64,000 nucleotides of DNA from NCBI GenBank assembly GCA_950097015.1, contig CATNEN010000038.1, positions 9,052,001-9,116,000 of the forward strand, given 5' to 3'. The position numbers were made by a program, and so were the translations under genes. The DNA comes from Macrostomum hystrix (taxonomy: Eukaryota > Animalia > Platyhelminthes). Every line of letters begins with the position of its first letter. Positions within the stretch are counted from its first letter, which is position 1. The notes beneath the pieces were generated by a model. That model was not told where the DNA came from. It made no database searches and worked only from the letters and a program-made list of their open reading frames with translations. Positions 38,670 to 50,600 of the stretch are shown here, in pieces.

Positions 38670-41600
38670 TCACATGTCACCGAAAATTCCAGCGAAGGTT
38701 TTCCTCAGATTTCGCATCGTGTCGTCTCCTTCGTCTAGGCTGTTCTGCATCTGCTGCTGCTGCTGCTGCGGCCGCTGCTGGCGCCATTTCTCCGAGCCAC
38801 CCGACGCATCGGTTGAGGAGCCGTTGGCTCTATGCTGCTGCTGCTGATGCTGCTGCCCTGACGAAGCTTGTTGACTCTGCGCCCTCTGAGACGCCACCAC
38901 GGCAGCCTCTGAGCAGGCGTGGTGCATCCGGGACAGAGTCAGCTCGGCGATGGCGCGTCTGTCCTCCTCCTGCGAGTCGCCTAGCAACGGCATGTCGGAT
39001 CCGTTCGCCTGGAAATTCAAGGAGCTAATAACTCTTGTTTCAAAGAGTTAACTGTGTCACCTTTCTCCCCAGCCGTAGCCAGAGGTACCTGAGTTTCCGC
39101 TATTCGAACTCCGAGACCTCTCGGCTAGGACTACAAATGTCTAATCACTGAGTCGCAGCGTTCCTACTGGGGCGACAATACTCAGACCAGCGAGCATCAG
39201 AGAGCGCAGGAAGGTGAATGGCAGAGCGGTAAATACGTTTCCCTTTCGAACCAATGTCCCTGAGCTCGATTCCGCGGCGAGGCCACATTTATTTGGGGCG
39301 CAGCCGCGGAGAGAAGGCTTGGGGGCTTGTCGTGCAATTTACGTCCTTTGAGGGCAAAACGTGTGTGCTCAGGAGTCAGCGTAACGGGCAGAATTGCCTC
39401 CTCGCTGGATGCGGGTCTAGTGTCACCAAACTATGTGTCACAGTCCTCCTGCAATTATTATTATTATTAGAAGACAGCGCAGTGGCCGAACCTCAACGAT
39501 GTAGACTCGACCGTTTTTGTGCTGCACCGTCTCAACCGAGCAGATGTCCAGACCGCCGAACAAGCGGGCTACTTCGTCGATCCACTGACGAAATCTGCAT
39601 TTTTGCGTTAATGATGACTCCAATGTTTAGCATTTTTGTTGGTCGCTGAAAACTCTCTTATCCTTGAGGCCAGAGCGTCGGTCTCACGTCTTGAAGGTCG
39701 GGGGTTCGATTCGACACTCCACTAGAAATATCTATTCTCCAGCTAGACACTTGAGGGTAAGTGAGGGTGGGTGCGGCGCCCCCTCTATTTCATGGACTGA
39801 AGGCTGCGTAGATGAATTCAATAATACATTTTTAATACAATTGCTTCAAAGGCGTCAATGTGACTTCGGACATTGGACCATAGAAGAGCTACCAATCTAA
39901 CATGTGATCAGAACATGGGTTTAGAAATGGTGCCTTCATGAATGGAGCTTCTTACACGAGACACAGCAGAAACAAAAAACCAATTGTATTGTTTCGACTA
40001 ACATATCAGTCACTGTCAACTGCTCGAGCATTGCTGACGTCACGTTTGCCTTCCAGTTGCCAGAGATGCTGCGCCGGCTGCAAGGAGAAATCAACGAGCT
40101 AAGAGACGACGCTTTTATAAAAAGGGTAACTATACAGGTGCAGCTTGGTTAAAAATCTAAATTTCCCATTGAAAGAATCTCTCACGCGTAAGCCTTGTAG
40201 CTGGAGCCAATCTTCTGTATGTGAATGTCGAACTTGGCATCAATCAGAGCCTCCGTAGTGGCGTATGTTTTTGCTACGGCCAAGGCGCCAGACACATCCC
40301 GATATTCGTCTGGGCCGGAGAGCTTCACCTGTCACGGGGAAATGCTCACAGGTAAACCAAAAGGACGACTAGAGTAACGTCTGTGCAGGACGCAGCGGTC
40401 GTGTTTTATCGGGAAAGTTTTGAAGGACACATTCCCCCGAAAAGTAGGCCGAGAAACTCCCCGATTTTATATCTAATAAACATTACTGTAGGCATAAATA
40501 ATCCCAGAAGGCTTATATTTTATTCTGAGATGGGAAAAAATTGAAGGTGCCTGAGAAAAATTTACCTGTCTAAGTGGAATCTTAGGGGGTAAGTGGCAAA
40601 GTGGTTAACGCGTTTGCCTCTCGCACCACGGTCCCTAAGTTCGATTCCACGGCGAGGCCACATTTACACTCAGCAACATTAAAAACCGCCACCCTAGAGC
40701 GAGGGAAACGATTCATCTCAACTCACTACCATAAATGACGCAATGTGCACCTGAGAAAGAGGTGAAAAACCGCGAATGACGCAATGCACTCTGCTCACCC
40801 ACCCCGACTCCGTAACCAGAGAAACGAAAGAGAGTCAAACTACCTGACAGTAGCATGGAAATTGGGGTGTGTTATTAAATAACAAATATTGCTAGTACAA
40901 GCCGAACTTAATGTGAGAACTCATACAAAACTGCCAATAGCAACCATGAACCTCAACCAGAGCGGAAACTCGGCGAGGCATTCCCAAAATTAGGCGCCGC
41001 AAGAAATTCCGAGGTAGCTGCTGCCATGCATTGGTCATCGCCTGGCGTAGCTCCGCAAGATTCTGGGGCGGGGCATTTGACGCTGGATGGTGCGTTTCAT
41101 GAAATCCCAAACATGCTCAATGGGATTCATGTCAGGTGATCGCGATGGCCACCTCAAAGTTCGCAAGTTCAGTTGCTCCTTCAGCTGAGCCACAGCGGCA
41201 GCTCGGTGCGGCGGGGCGTTGTCGTCCAGGAGAATGCAGTTCTGAACCCCGTCAAATTCAGCATTGACAAAAGGCAGAATATGCATTTGCAGTAAATTAG
41301 CGTAGAGGCCTGCCGTTACATTTGAGTCCAGAAAGACAAGCTCCGTCTTGGCGTTCAACGTGATCCCCGCCCAAACATGCACCGAGGCTGACTGTCCGTC
41401 GGTGGCTTGAATGTGCTGTTGCAGCATTTCCTGCCGCGGCTCTCGCCAAACACGAACGCGACCGTCTGCCTGAAAGAGGCGGAAGCGGCTCTCATCAGTG
41501 AATACGACGCGTCGCCATTGCTGCTGCCTCCAGTGAATTCGCTGCATCGCCCACAGCTCTCGTGTGGCGCAGTGAGCGGCGTCAGTCGGGGTCGCTTGCG

Positions 41601-44600
41601 CATCTTCCGGCAGCGCAGCCCAGCCGCCCAAATTCTCCGTCGAATTGTTTGGGCGCTCAAGATGTTCCCGCGCCTGCTTCTTTCACCCCAGATGAGTCGA
41701 AGCAATCTGGCAGGTAAGGTGGGGTTTCCCCTCACAATTCGCAGCAGTCGCCGATCAGCCCTTGCTGTGCTGCGCAGATGGCGGCGCTGGACTCCACGAC
41801 TTGCGTGCGCGACACTGCCAGTGTCTCTGGACTTCTGCAGAAGGCTGCGAATCGTCGAACGTGATCTGCCGAATTGACGGGCTACTGCTCGGATGGACAT
41901 TCCGGCCTCAAGCATGCCTATGGCTCGCCATCGCTCACCATCGGTCATGTGGCGGACCATTTTGGAGATAACGAGTAATACTGGTTACTCGTTAGCTGCA
42001 TTTTGACTGAGTGTGCTAAATCATCCATTTTGAACTTCGCGATAACCCTTTACCCACCCCCACTCTCCCACGGTAGCCCTCCTTGCAGTCAGGTGCACAT
42101 TACGTAATTTGTGGCAGTGAGTTGAGATCAACCGTTCCCCCCGCTCTAGGGTGGCGGTTTTTAATGTTGCTGAGTATATTTGGGGCGCAGCCGCGGAGAG
42201 AAGGCTTGCGGGCTTGTCGTGCAATTTACGCCCCTGAGGGCCAACCTCCAAGGCACAGTGAAATGCACACTGCCTGACGATGAGAAAGTCAGGGCAGATG
42301 TACACACCTGTGTGAGCGTGTGCCTGCGTACGGTATCTGTGTGCGTGTGTGCTCAGGAGTCAGCGAAATGGGCAGAATTGCCTCCTCGCTGGCTGCGGGT
42401 CTAGTGTCACTAAATGATGGGCCACTGCCCGCAGCCCTCCTGCAATTATTATAAATTATTATTTAGTGGAATCGATTTCATAGTGAAATAATGACGAAAA
42501 GTAGCGTTAAAATATTTCTAGTGTTGTAGTCTTGTATTTTTTTGTAGTGCATGTAATTTATCTCTTGTTATCAGGTGGAACACACAATAGACTGAACATC
42601 AATCAAAAAGTAGACTAAAATATTGTATATTAGTGAGACATTCACACTACTGTAATCACGTCAATATTGAACGCCGCAACCTGTTGAATGTCAATAAGTG
42701 CAGTCAAATCTGATGCGATGGTGCGTCTATCGCTGCGTCTGCAGACTTCACCCACACACCCACACCCTCACACATGCACACGACTATATAGTTTTTCTAG
42801 TTTGCCAATCAGATGTTGCTGTGTAAGAATGTGCGAGTACTTTTGAAAGCGACTTCAAACGATTTGTTTAGACATTGAATTGCTGCCACAGGACGGTTGA
42901 TTCTATGGGAGTCCGATCCCACCGCTGGTCGAGAGCCATGCCAGCTTAAATCTTTTGCAAGTTGGTTTACGCAAAGGCTAATCACGCAGCGGCAAGTTTG
43001 GCATCTGCGATTTTGCTAGTCTTTTTCTACGTGGTTTTCTTTTAAACAAAATTGGGGACGACTTTGAAAACAGAAATACGCCTACGCTGTACTCTACTGC
43101 ACCAGCTGCCTGGCCATTGTGTAGAGGGGCACAGAGAGCCAACGGATCGGAACGCACCTTTCCCAAGCCGTTGTGTCCGTGTCCAATCTTCATCGCCATG
43201 GGAAAATTATCCTGCGCGACGGTCTGGCAATGCGAGACAATGAGAGATTGAGATTGCATTCTATTGCAAATGAAATATACTTTTTTGTGTTCCATATTTG
43301 GAACGAATACATGCCAAGTGCTACTAAAACAGAAAGACGCAGGCATGAAAAAAGTTGTTGAAGGAGGCTTTCAAGCAACTGAAAAATGCGAGATTTTGTT
43401 CGTTTCAGCCATGATGTTTGTCAATGGCCTAATCGTTTTTACGAATCAAAAGTGGTTTCAAGAATTTGTACTTTTAATTATTCTACTGATTTGAGAACTT
43501 TAGTTCGTCAAAAGTACGCGAACTTTGAGAAGTGAATTAAGTCAGACTCCTTCAAAACTCCATCATAGACTAGCGTGAGAAAGCGTCATTAGGAAAATCG
43601 ATTAAGAAAAACAAACACTGGAGTATTGCATGCGTATAGCCAGTAGAGAACAATTTATTCCCCAGTTGGATTGGCCCATAGACCAGATAAATTTATTTAT
43701 TTGGCCGTTGAAATTTATCTGGCCGGGACAGATAAACATGTATCTGGTCCGGTGACAATTATCTGGCTTCAACTGTGGAATAAATACATTATCACCCACT
43801 TGATACTTAATCCCCAGCTTGGCCCGGCCTATTGGCTATTAATTCTGTGCATTTATTATTTAATCGGCCTAGGCCGATTAAACATATAGTCTATGGTCAC
43901 AGTTGCCGTAAACAGTTTTAGGTTTGCAATCTCGTGAGCCGGGCCAAGCTTTAGGATTAAATACTATAATACCCCCTGAAATCGTTGTCTATGGCCTAGG
44001 AACGGCTTCGGACTGCGCTTCTGGGCCTCGGCTTCGCCTCGGCCAAGAAACGCGTCCTCAGCCTTTCTATAGTCGAAAATAGATTTGACTGGATCATAGG
44101 GCGCTGATTATAGCAATCTGCGTTGCTATTGGCTGTTCTAAGATTCCCTCTGTCGGCATATTTTATGTGAAATTTCTTTGCCATAGACGGCATTTTAATC
44201 CTTCCAACCCTCCCAGCCAGATCAGGCTAAAGCATTGCAGACAAATTCAATAGTTGATTTGCAATGTAAGAAACGCTCGGAAAATGGACCACTGTCATCG
44301 TTTGATTGCGACTTTAACAACTGCCTCGCAGCTTCCAAAGCTGCTGCTGCTGCTGCTGATGCTGCTGAATGGCGGACTGTCAGCCGAGTTCGGCGATCCG
44401 GGCTGCTCGTGCAGGCCGCAAAACCCTCAGCATCCGCAGCTGGCCTTCTGTCACAGTGACTTCGGTGAGCTGCTTGTCAAAATGGCCGCCTTATTGTTCT
44501 GTTGGCTTTTAGTAAGTCTCTCACTAATCTCTTACATCCTTTTACTATCTACCTATAGTGCTCAAGGTGAAGATAAAGTACGTGCGCCAGGTGTCCAATT

Positions 44601-47600
44601 CAACGGCGCATATGTATGTGGCCAGGGTGAAGAGTGTCTTCAAGTTGCAACCCAAGGTACTTCAGAAAAATAATTCTTACTTAAAGTTTGTTTCGTGACT
44701 GCGTCAACAGATTAACCAACGCCATTTTTTATGCTTTTACAGCTAGGAAATCTAGGGACTGGTTCTAGCATTGTGCTTCACGTTGCTGGCTTTGGCCAGT
44801 CCTGCGGCCAGGTCACCGTTAGACAGCCGAACGCGCCCGTGATTAGCAGAAGCCTTCTGAAAGGAAAAGACTACCTTGTCACAGGTTAGCTACCCTATTC
44901 AAAACTGCTTTGAATTTCATCTTCGACTGTAGTGCATCCTTAAGTTGACGTGAATAATTAAGCCGCAATTTGGTGAGGTCAGCGGGAGAACGGTTAACGC
45001 GTTTGCCTCCCCGACTGTGAGGTTCCTGAGCTCGATTCCGCGGCTAGGCCACATTATTCGTTTGTAGAGAGGTTTTGGAGGCTTTTGTCGTGCTAATTAT
45101 GTCCATTAGGGGGCCGAACACCAAGACACAGTGATAGTGTACGCAGCCTGACAATCAAAATGTCAGGGCCGATGTACACACCTGTGTATGTGCCTGCGTA
45201 CGGTATCTGCTTGCCGGTGTGTTCAAGAGTGATAGCCAGAACCGCCTCTCGTTAACAGTGGGTCGACTGTCACGAAATAATTGTCAGAGCCCGTCCTGCA
45301 ATTGCCGCATTTACCTCACGCAGCTTTACCTCCCAATCTCTTTCAAGGGAGTTGGTAAAGCTAGTCTACAGACACGAATCTCTTGTACTTAGAGTGCGAA
45401 TTTCGCTTTTGAGATGAAACAAGCTTATGACACATCGACCGCGCAGGACACAGTGCTGACAGTGGCGGTCGAACGGAGCATCAGCTGCAGCTATCGGTTT
45501 GCAGCTGGGTTGCCTACTGGCCTAGCAAGCGGCAGAGGCATTCAGCTGCGAATGTACTTGACGGTCAGGAGCAAGTCAGTAGGCTGCAGGCGCACTACCT
45601 GAGGCGTGGTCTCTACGCTAGCGGATGCAGAACATGCCAGGTAAATAGCCGTCTGCATCTTTTTTCTACTTCCAAAATCGTAATTTAACCGTTGAGGCAA
45701 TTTACTTTTTTCGTTGTCGAGGATAAATATTTTTTTCAGAAACTGTTTCGCACTTCTTATGACGTCCTGTCTTGATTATTGCCAATGCACCTTATTGCAG
45801 TTTTCTACTGCACCACAATCATATACTTTGTTTTATACTTTGTTTTATTTTGCAAACACCATCATAGAAAGAATTCCTCAGCCACCTCTATAGAATATAA
45901 TCCTTCTTTTGTATAAAGCCGAGTCAGCCGAAGGGTGTGGCCCAGGAAGACTTTTCCACCAGAAAAGTTGAGTGACACACCGAATAAACACAGGCATAGA
46001 TTTCGTTATTGATGACGGCAACTATTGCGACCTGCACTGCAATCATCCATCAGAATGAGCGACAGTGATGCACCAGAGATTATTGGGAATGAAGTACTCT
46101 ATGTTTAGGTTTCATAAGGATTACTTTCTAGTTGACTCGTAAACTCTTAGACTCGTAAACTCGTAGACTCGTAAACTCGTAGACTCGTAAACTCGTAGAC
46201 TCGTAAACTCGTAGACTCGTAACTCGTAGACTCGTAAACTCGTAGACTCGTAAACTCGTAGACTCGTAAACTCGTAGACTCGTAAACTCGTAGACTCGTA
46301 AATTCGTAGACTCGTAAAGTCGTAGACTCGTAAACTCGTAGACTCGTAAACTCGTAGGCTCGTAAACTCGTAAACTCGTAAACTCGTAGACTCGTAAACT
46401 CGTAGACTCGTAAACTCGTAGACTCGTAAACTCGTAGACTCGTAAACTCGTAGACTCGTAAACTCGTAGACTCGTAAATTCGTAGACTCGTAAAGTCGTA
46501 GACTCGTAAACTCGTAGACTCGTAAACTCGTAGGCTCGTAAACTCGTAAACTCGTAAACTCGTAGACTCGTAAACTCGTAGACTCGTAAACTCGTAGACT
46601 CGTAAACTCGTAGACTCGTAAACTCGTAGACTCGTAAACTCGTAGACTCGTAAACTCGTAGACTCGTAAACTCGTAGACTCGTAAACTCGTAGACTCGTA
46701 AACTAGTAGACTCGTAAACTCGTAGACTCGTAAACTCGTAGACTCGTAAACTCGTAGACTCGTAAACTCGTAGACTCGTAAACTCGTAGACTCGTAAACT
46801 CGTAGACTCGTAAACTCATATTTTCAACCAGATTGAAGACGGTAAAAGTGCATATTCTCTGAGGTCAACCAGCTCAAGCCTGATCTGCAAGCTAAATCCC
46901 GAATCAGATTTCAACATGTGCCACGCACGCTACAGCTACTGCCAGTACTACTCAGATGAGTACACCGGAGCTAGGGCCTGCGCTTGGCACACGAGTAACA
47001 TTAGAGCATACAGAAATTGCTCAGATGAAAATTGAAAGCAAGCAGCTGTATGACATGGTGTCATTGGCTAGAAATGATAAACAAAATGTGTTGTGCTTAT
47101 AACGATATGCAACAAAGTTTTCACTTATCATTGTCCATTGTATTTTTAGCAGCTGTAAACACTGCTTAATGACCATTGCTTTTTTAATCTAATCCTAATC
47201 TGCTTGACCAAAAACTTGTCATTGACTTGCAGTCGCTGTAACAAATATTCATGGTTATAACTCGATGATTGCTGACGTTACTAGAGCGTCTATTAAATGC
47301 GTATTTGTTCGAGAGATTCCATTTTAAACAATAGCGCCTACTTCTTATATTTTTTGCTTTCGTTTACTTGACAACTACATCGCAAATATATGAAATACAC
47401 TGGCTCTTACGGGAAAAATCTTATCTTCGGCCAGAACCGTTGAATACATCTCTACGGTCTGCGGACTTGATTCTTGTCCCCAAATGCGTAACAAAAATTT
47501 GGCCCGTGTTCTTGAGTTTCCTGTGCTTGCGTTGCTCCGTTTTGGTGCAGCAAAATTATATGTCAGGTACCACTGGGTAGTTCTGCCGTTAAACACCACC

Positions 47601-50600
47601 TTGTCACTTAAACCTCAAAACCAAGCAGTTAAAACCCTTTAAAAACAATCAGTTAAACCCCTTCAAACCAAGCAGTTAAACCCCTTCAAACCAAGCAGTT
47701 AAACCCCTTCAAACCAATCAGTTAAACCTCTTCAAACCAAGCAGTTAAACCTCTTCAAACCAAGCAGTTAAACCCCTTCAAACGAATCAGTTAAACCTCT
47801 TCAAACCAATCAGTTAAACCTCTTCAAACCAATCAGTTAAACCTCTTCAAACCAATCAGTTAAACCTCTTCAAACCAATCAGTTAAACCTCTTCAAACCA
47901 ATCAGTTAAACCTCTTCAAACCAATCAGTTAAACCTCTTCAAACCAAGCAGTTAAACCTCTTCAAACCAAGCAGTTAAACCTCTTCAAACCAAGCAGTTA
48001 AACCCCTTCAAACCAATCAGTTAAACCTCTTCAAACCAAGCAGTTAAACCCCTTCAAACCAATCAGTTAAACCTCTTCAAACCAATCAGTTAAACCTCTT
48101 CAAACCAATCAGTTAAACCCCTTCAAACCAATCAGTTAAACCTCTTCAAACCAATCAGTTAAACCTCTTCAAACCAAGCAGTTAAACCTCTTCAAACCAA
48201 GCAGTTAAACCCCTTCAAACCAATCAGTTAAACCTCTTCAAACCAATCAGTTAAACCTCTTCAAACCAATCAGTTAAACCCCTTCAAACCAATCATTTAA
48301 ACCCCTTCAAACCAATCAGTTAAACCTCTTCAAACCAATCAGTTAAACCCCTTCAAACCAATCATTTAAACCTCTTCAAACCAAGCAGTTAAACCTCTTC
48401 AAACCAATCAGTTAAACCTCTTCAAACCAATCAGTTAAACCCCTTCAAACCAATCATTTAAACCCCTTCAAACCAATCAGTTAAACCTCTTCAAACCAAT
48501 CAGTTAAACCCCTTCAAACCAATCAGTTAAACCCCTTCAAACCAATCAGTTAAACCTCTTCAAACCAATCAGTTAAACCTCTTCAAACCAAGCAGTTAAA
48601 CCTCTTCAAACCAAGCAGTTAAACCTCTTCAAACCAATCAGTTAAACCTCTTCAAACCAATCAGTTAAACCTCTTCAAACCAAGCAGTTAAACCTCTTCA
48701 AACCAATCAGTTAAACCTCTTCAAACCAATCAGTTAAACCTCTTCAAACCAAGCAGTTAAACCTCTTCAAACCAATCAGTTAAACCTCTTCAAACCAATC
48801 AGTTAAACCCCTTCAAACCAATCAGTTAAACCTCTTCAAACCAATCAGTTAAACCTCTTCAAACCAAGCAGTTAAACCCCTTCAAACCAATCAGTTAAAC
48901 CCCTTCAAACCAATCATTTAAACCCCTTCAAACCAATCAGTTAAACCCCTTCAAACCAATCATTTAAACCTCTTCAAACCAATCAGTTAAACCTCTTCAA
49001 ACGTAGCAGTTAAACCTCTTCAAACCAAGCAGTTAAACCTCTTCAAACCAATCAGTTAAACCTCTTCAAACCAATCAGTTAAACCTCTTCAAACCAATCA
49101 GTTAAACCTCTTCAAACCAAGCAGTTAAACCTCTTCAAACCAATCAGTTAAACCCCTTCAAACCAATCAGTTAAACCTCTTCAAACCAAGCAGTTAAACC
49201 TCTTCAAACCAATCAGTTAAACCTCTTCAAACCAAGCAGTTAAACCTCTTCAAACCAATCAGTTAAACCCCTTCAAACCAAGCAGTTAAACCTCTTCAAA
49301 CCAAGCAGTTAAACCCCTTCAAACCAATCAGTTAAACCCCTTCAAACCAAGCAGTTAAACCCCTTCAAACCAAGCAGTTAAACCTCTTCAAACCAAGCAG
49401 TTAAACCTCTTCAAACCAATCAGTTAAACCTCTTCAAACCAATCAGTTAAACCCCTTCAAACCAAGCAGTTAAACCCCTTCAAACCAAGCAGTTAAACCT
49501 CTTCAAACCAAGCAGTTAAACCTCTTCAAACCAATCAGTTAAACCTCTTCAAACCAATCAGTTAAACCTCTTCAAACCAATCAGTTAAACCTCTTCAAAC
49601 CAAGCAGTTAAACCTCTTCAAACCAATCAGTTAAACCCCTTCAAACCAATCAGTTAAACCTCTTCAAACCAAGCAGTTAAACCTCTTCAAACCAATCAGT
49701 TAAACCTCTTCAAACCAAGCAGTTAAACCTCTTCAAACCAATCAGTTAAACCCCTTCAAACCAAGCAGTTAAACCTCTTCAAACCAAGCAGTTAAACCCC
49801 TTCAAACCAATCAGTTAAACCCCTTCAAACCAAGCAGTTAAACCTCTTCAAACCAAGCAGTTAAACCTCTTCAAACCAAGCAGTTAAACCCCTTCAAACC
49901 AAGCAGTTAAACCCCTTCAAACCAATCAGTTAAACCCCTTCAAACCAATCAGTTAAACCTCTTCAAACCAAGCAGTTAAACCTCTTCAAACCAATCAGTT
50001 AAACCTCTTCAAACCAAGCAGTTAAACCTCTTCAAACCAATCAGTTAAACCTCTTCAAACCAATCAGTTAAACCTCTTCAAACCAAGCAGTTAAACCTCT
50101 TCAAACCAATCAGTTAAACCCCTTCAAACCAATCAGTTAAACCTCTTCAAACCAAATATTAAACCTCTCCTAACTATTCCCTTAAATGCTTTTCTTTAAC
50201 ATTTCCCAGTTGTCAATAACGAAGACAGATTTCTAGTGGTTTGCTGTTAAATCATGTTAACAAATTGGTTGCTTTAATGATTGCTAAATAGTATAAATAT
50301 TTTAAGATCCAATAAAGAAGAAAATCAATTGGATGAGAGCACACACGAACCGCTGATGTTTTCAAATCAGCAAATTGAAATATGGCAAACAGAACAAGCA
50401 GAAAGGCAAACAAGTCATGCAATAAACCTGTCATAGAACAGAAACAGAAAATAACAACTGCCCAGTACTCTCTCTACCTGGTCTATTTTGGCCTGCCTGA
50501 GTGACTGCTGCATCTGAGCAAGTGACATTGTTTCAAGCGATTGGAGGTGATGACTTGGTCTTATCAGTGATTAAAAAAGACTTTAAAAACTTTGTACAGT

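Larger units (their letters stand above)
40585..42462 (+). mobile_element. SINE family A split by a Tc1 insertion
   Basis: Head 40585-40666 resumes at 42179; AGTGGAATC occurs in both flanks (TSD-like). Confidence 0.9.

Noticed and set aside
43676-43996. MITE with CCATAGAC/GTCTATGG ends
   Set aside because: Short inverted motifs are present, but no matching TSD or second copy was found.
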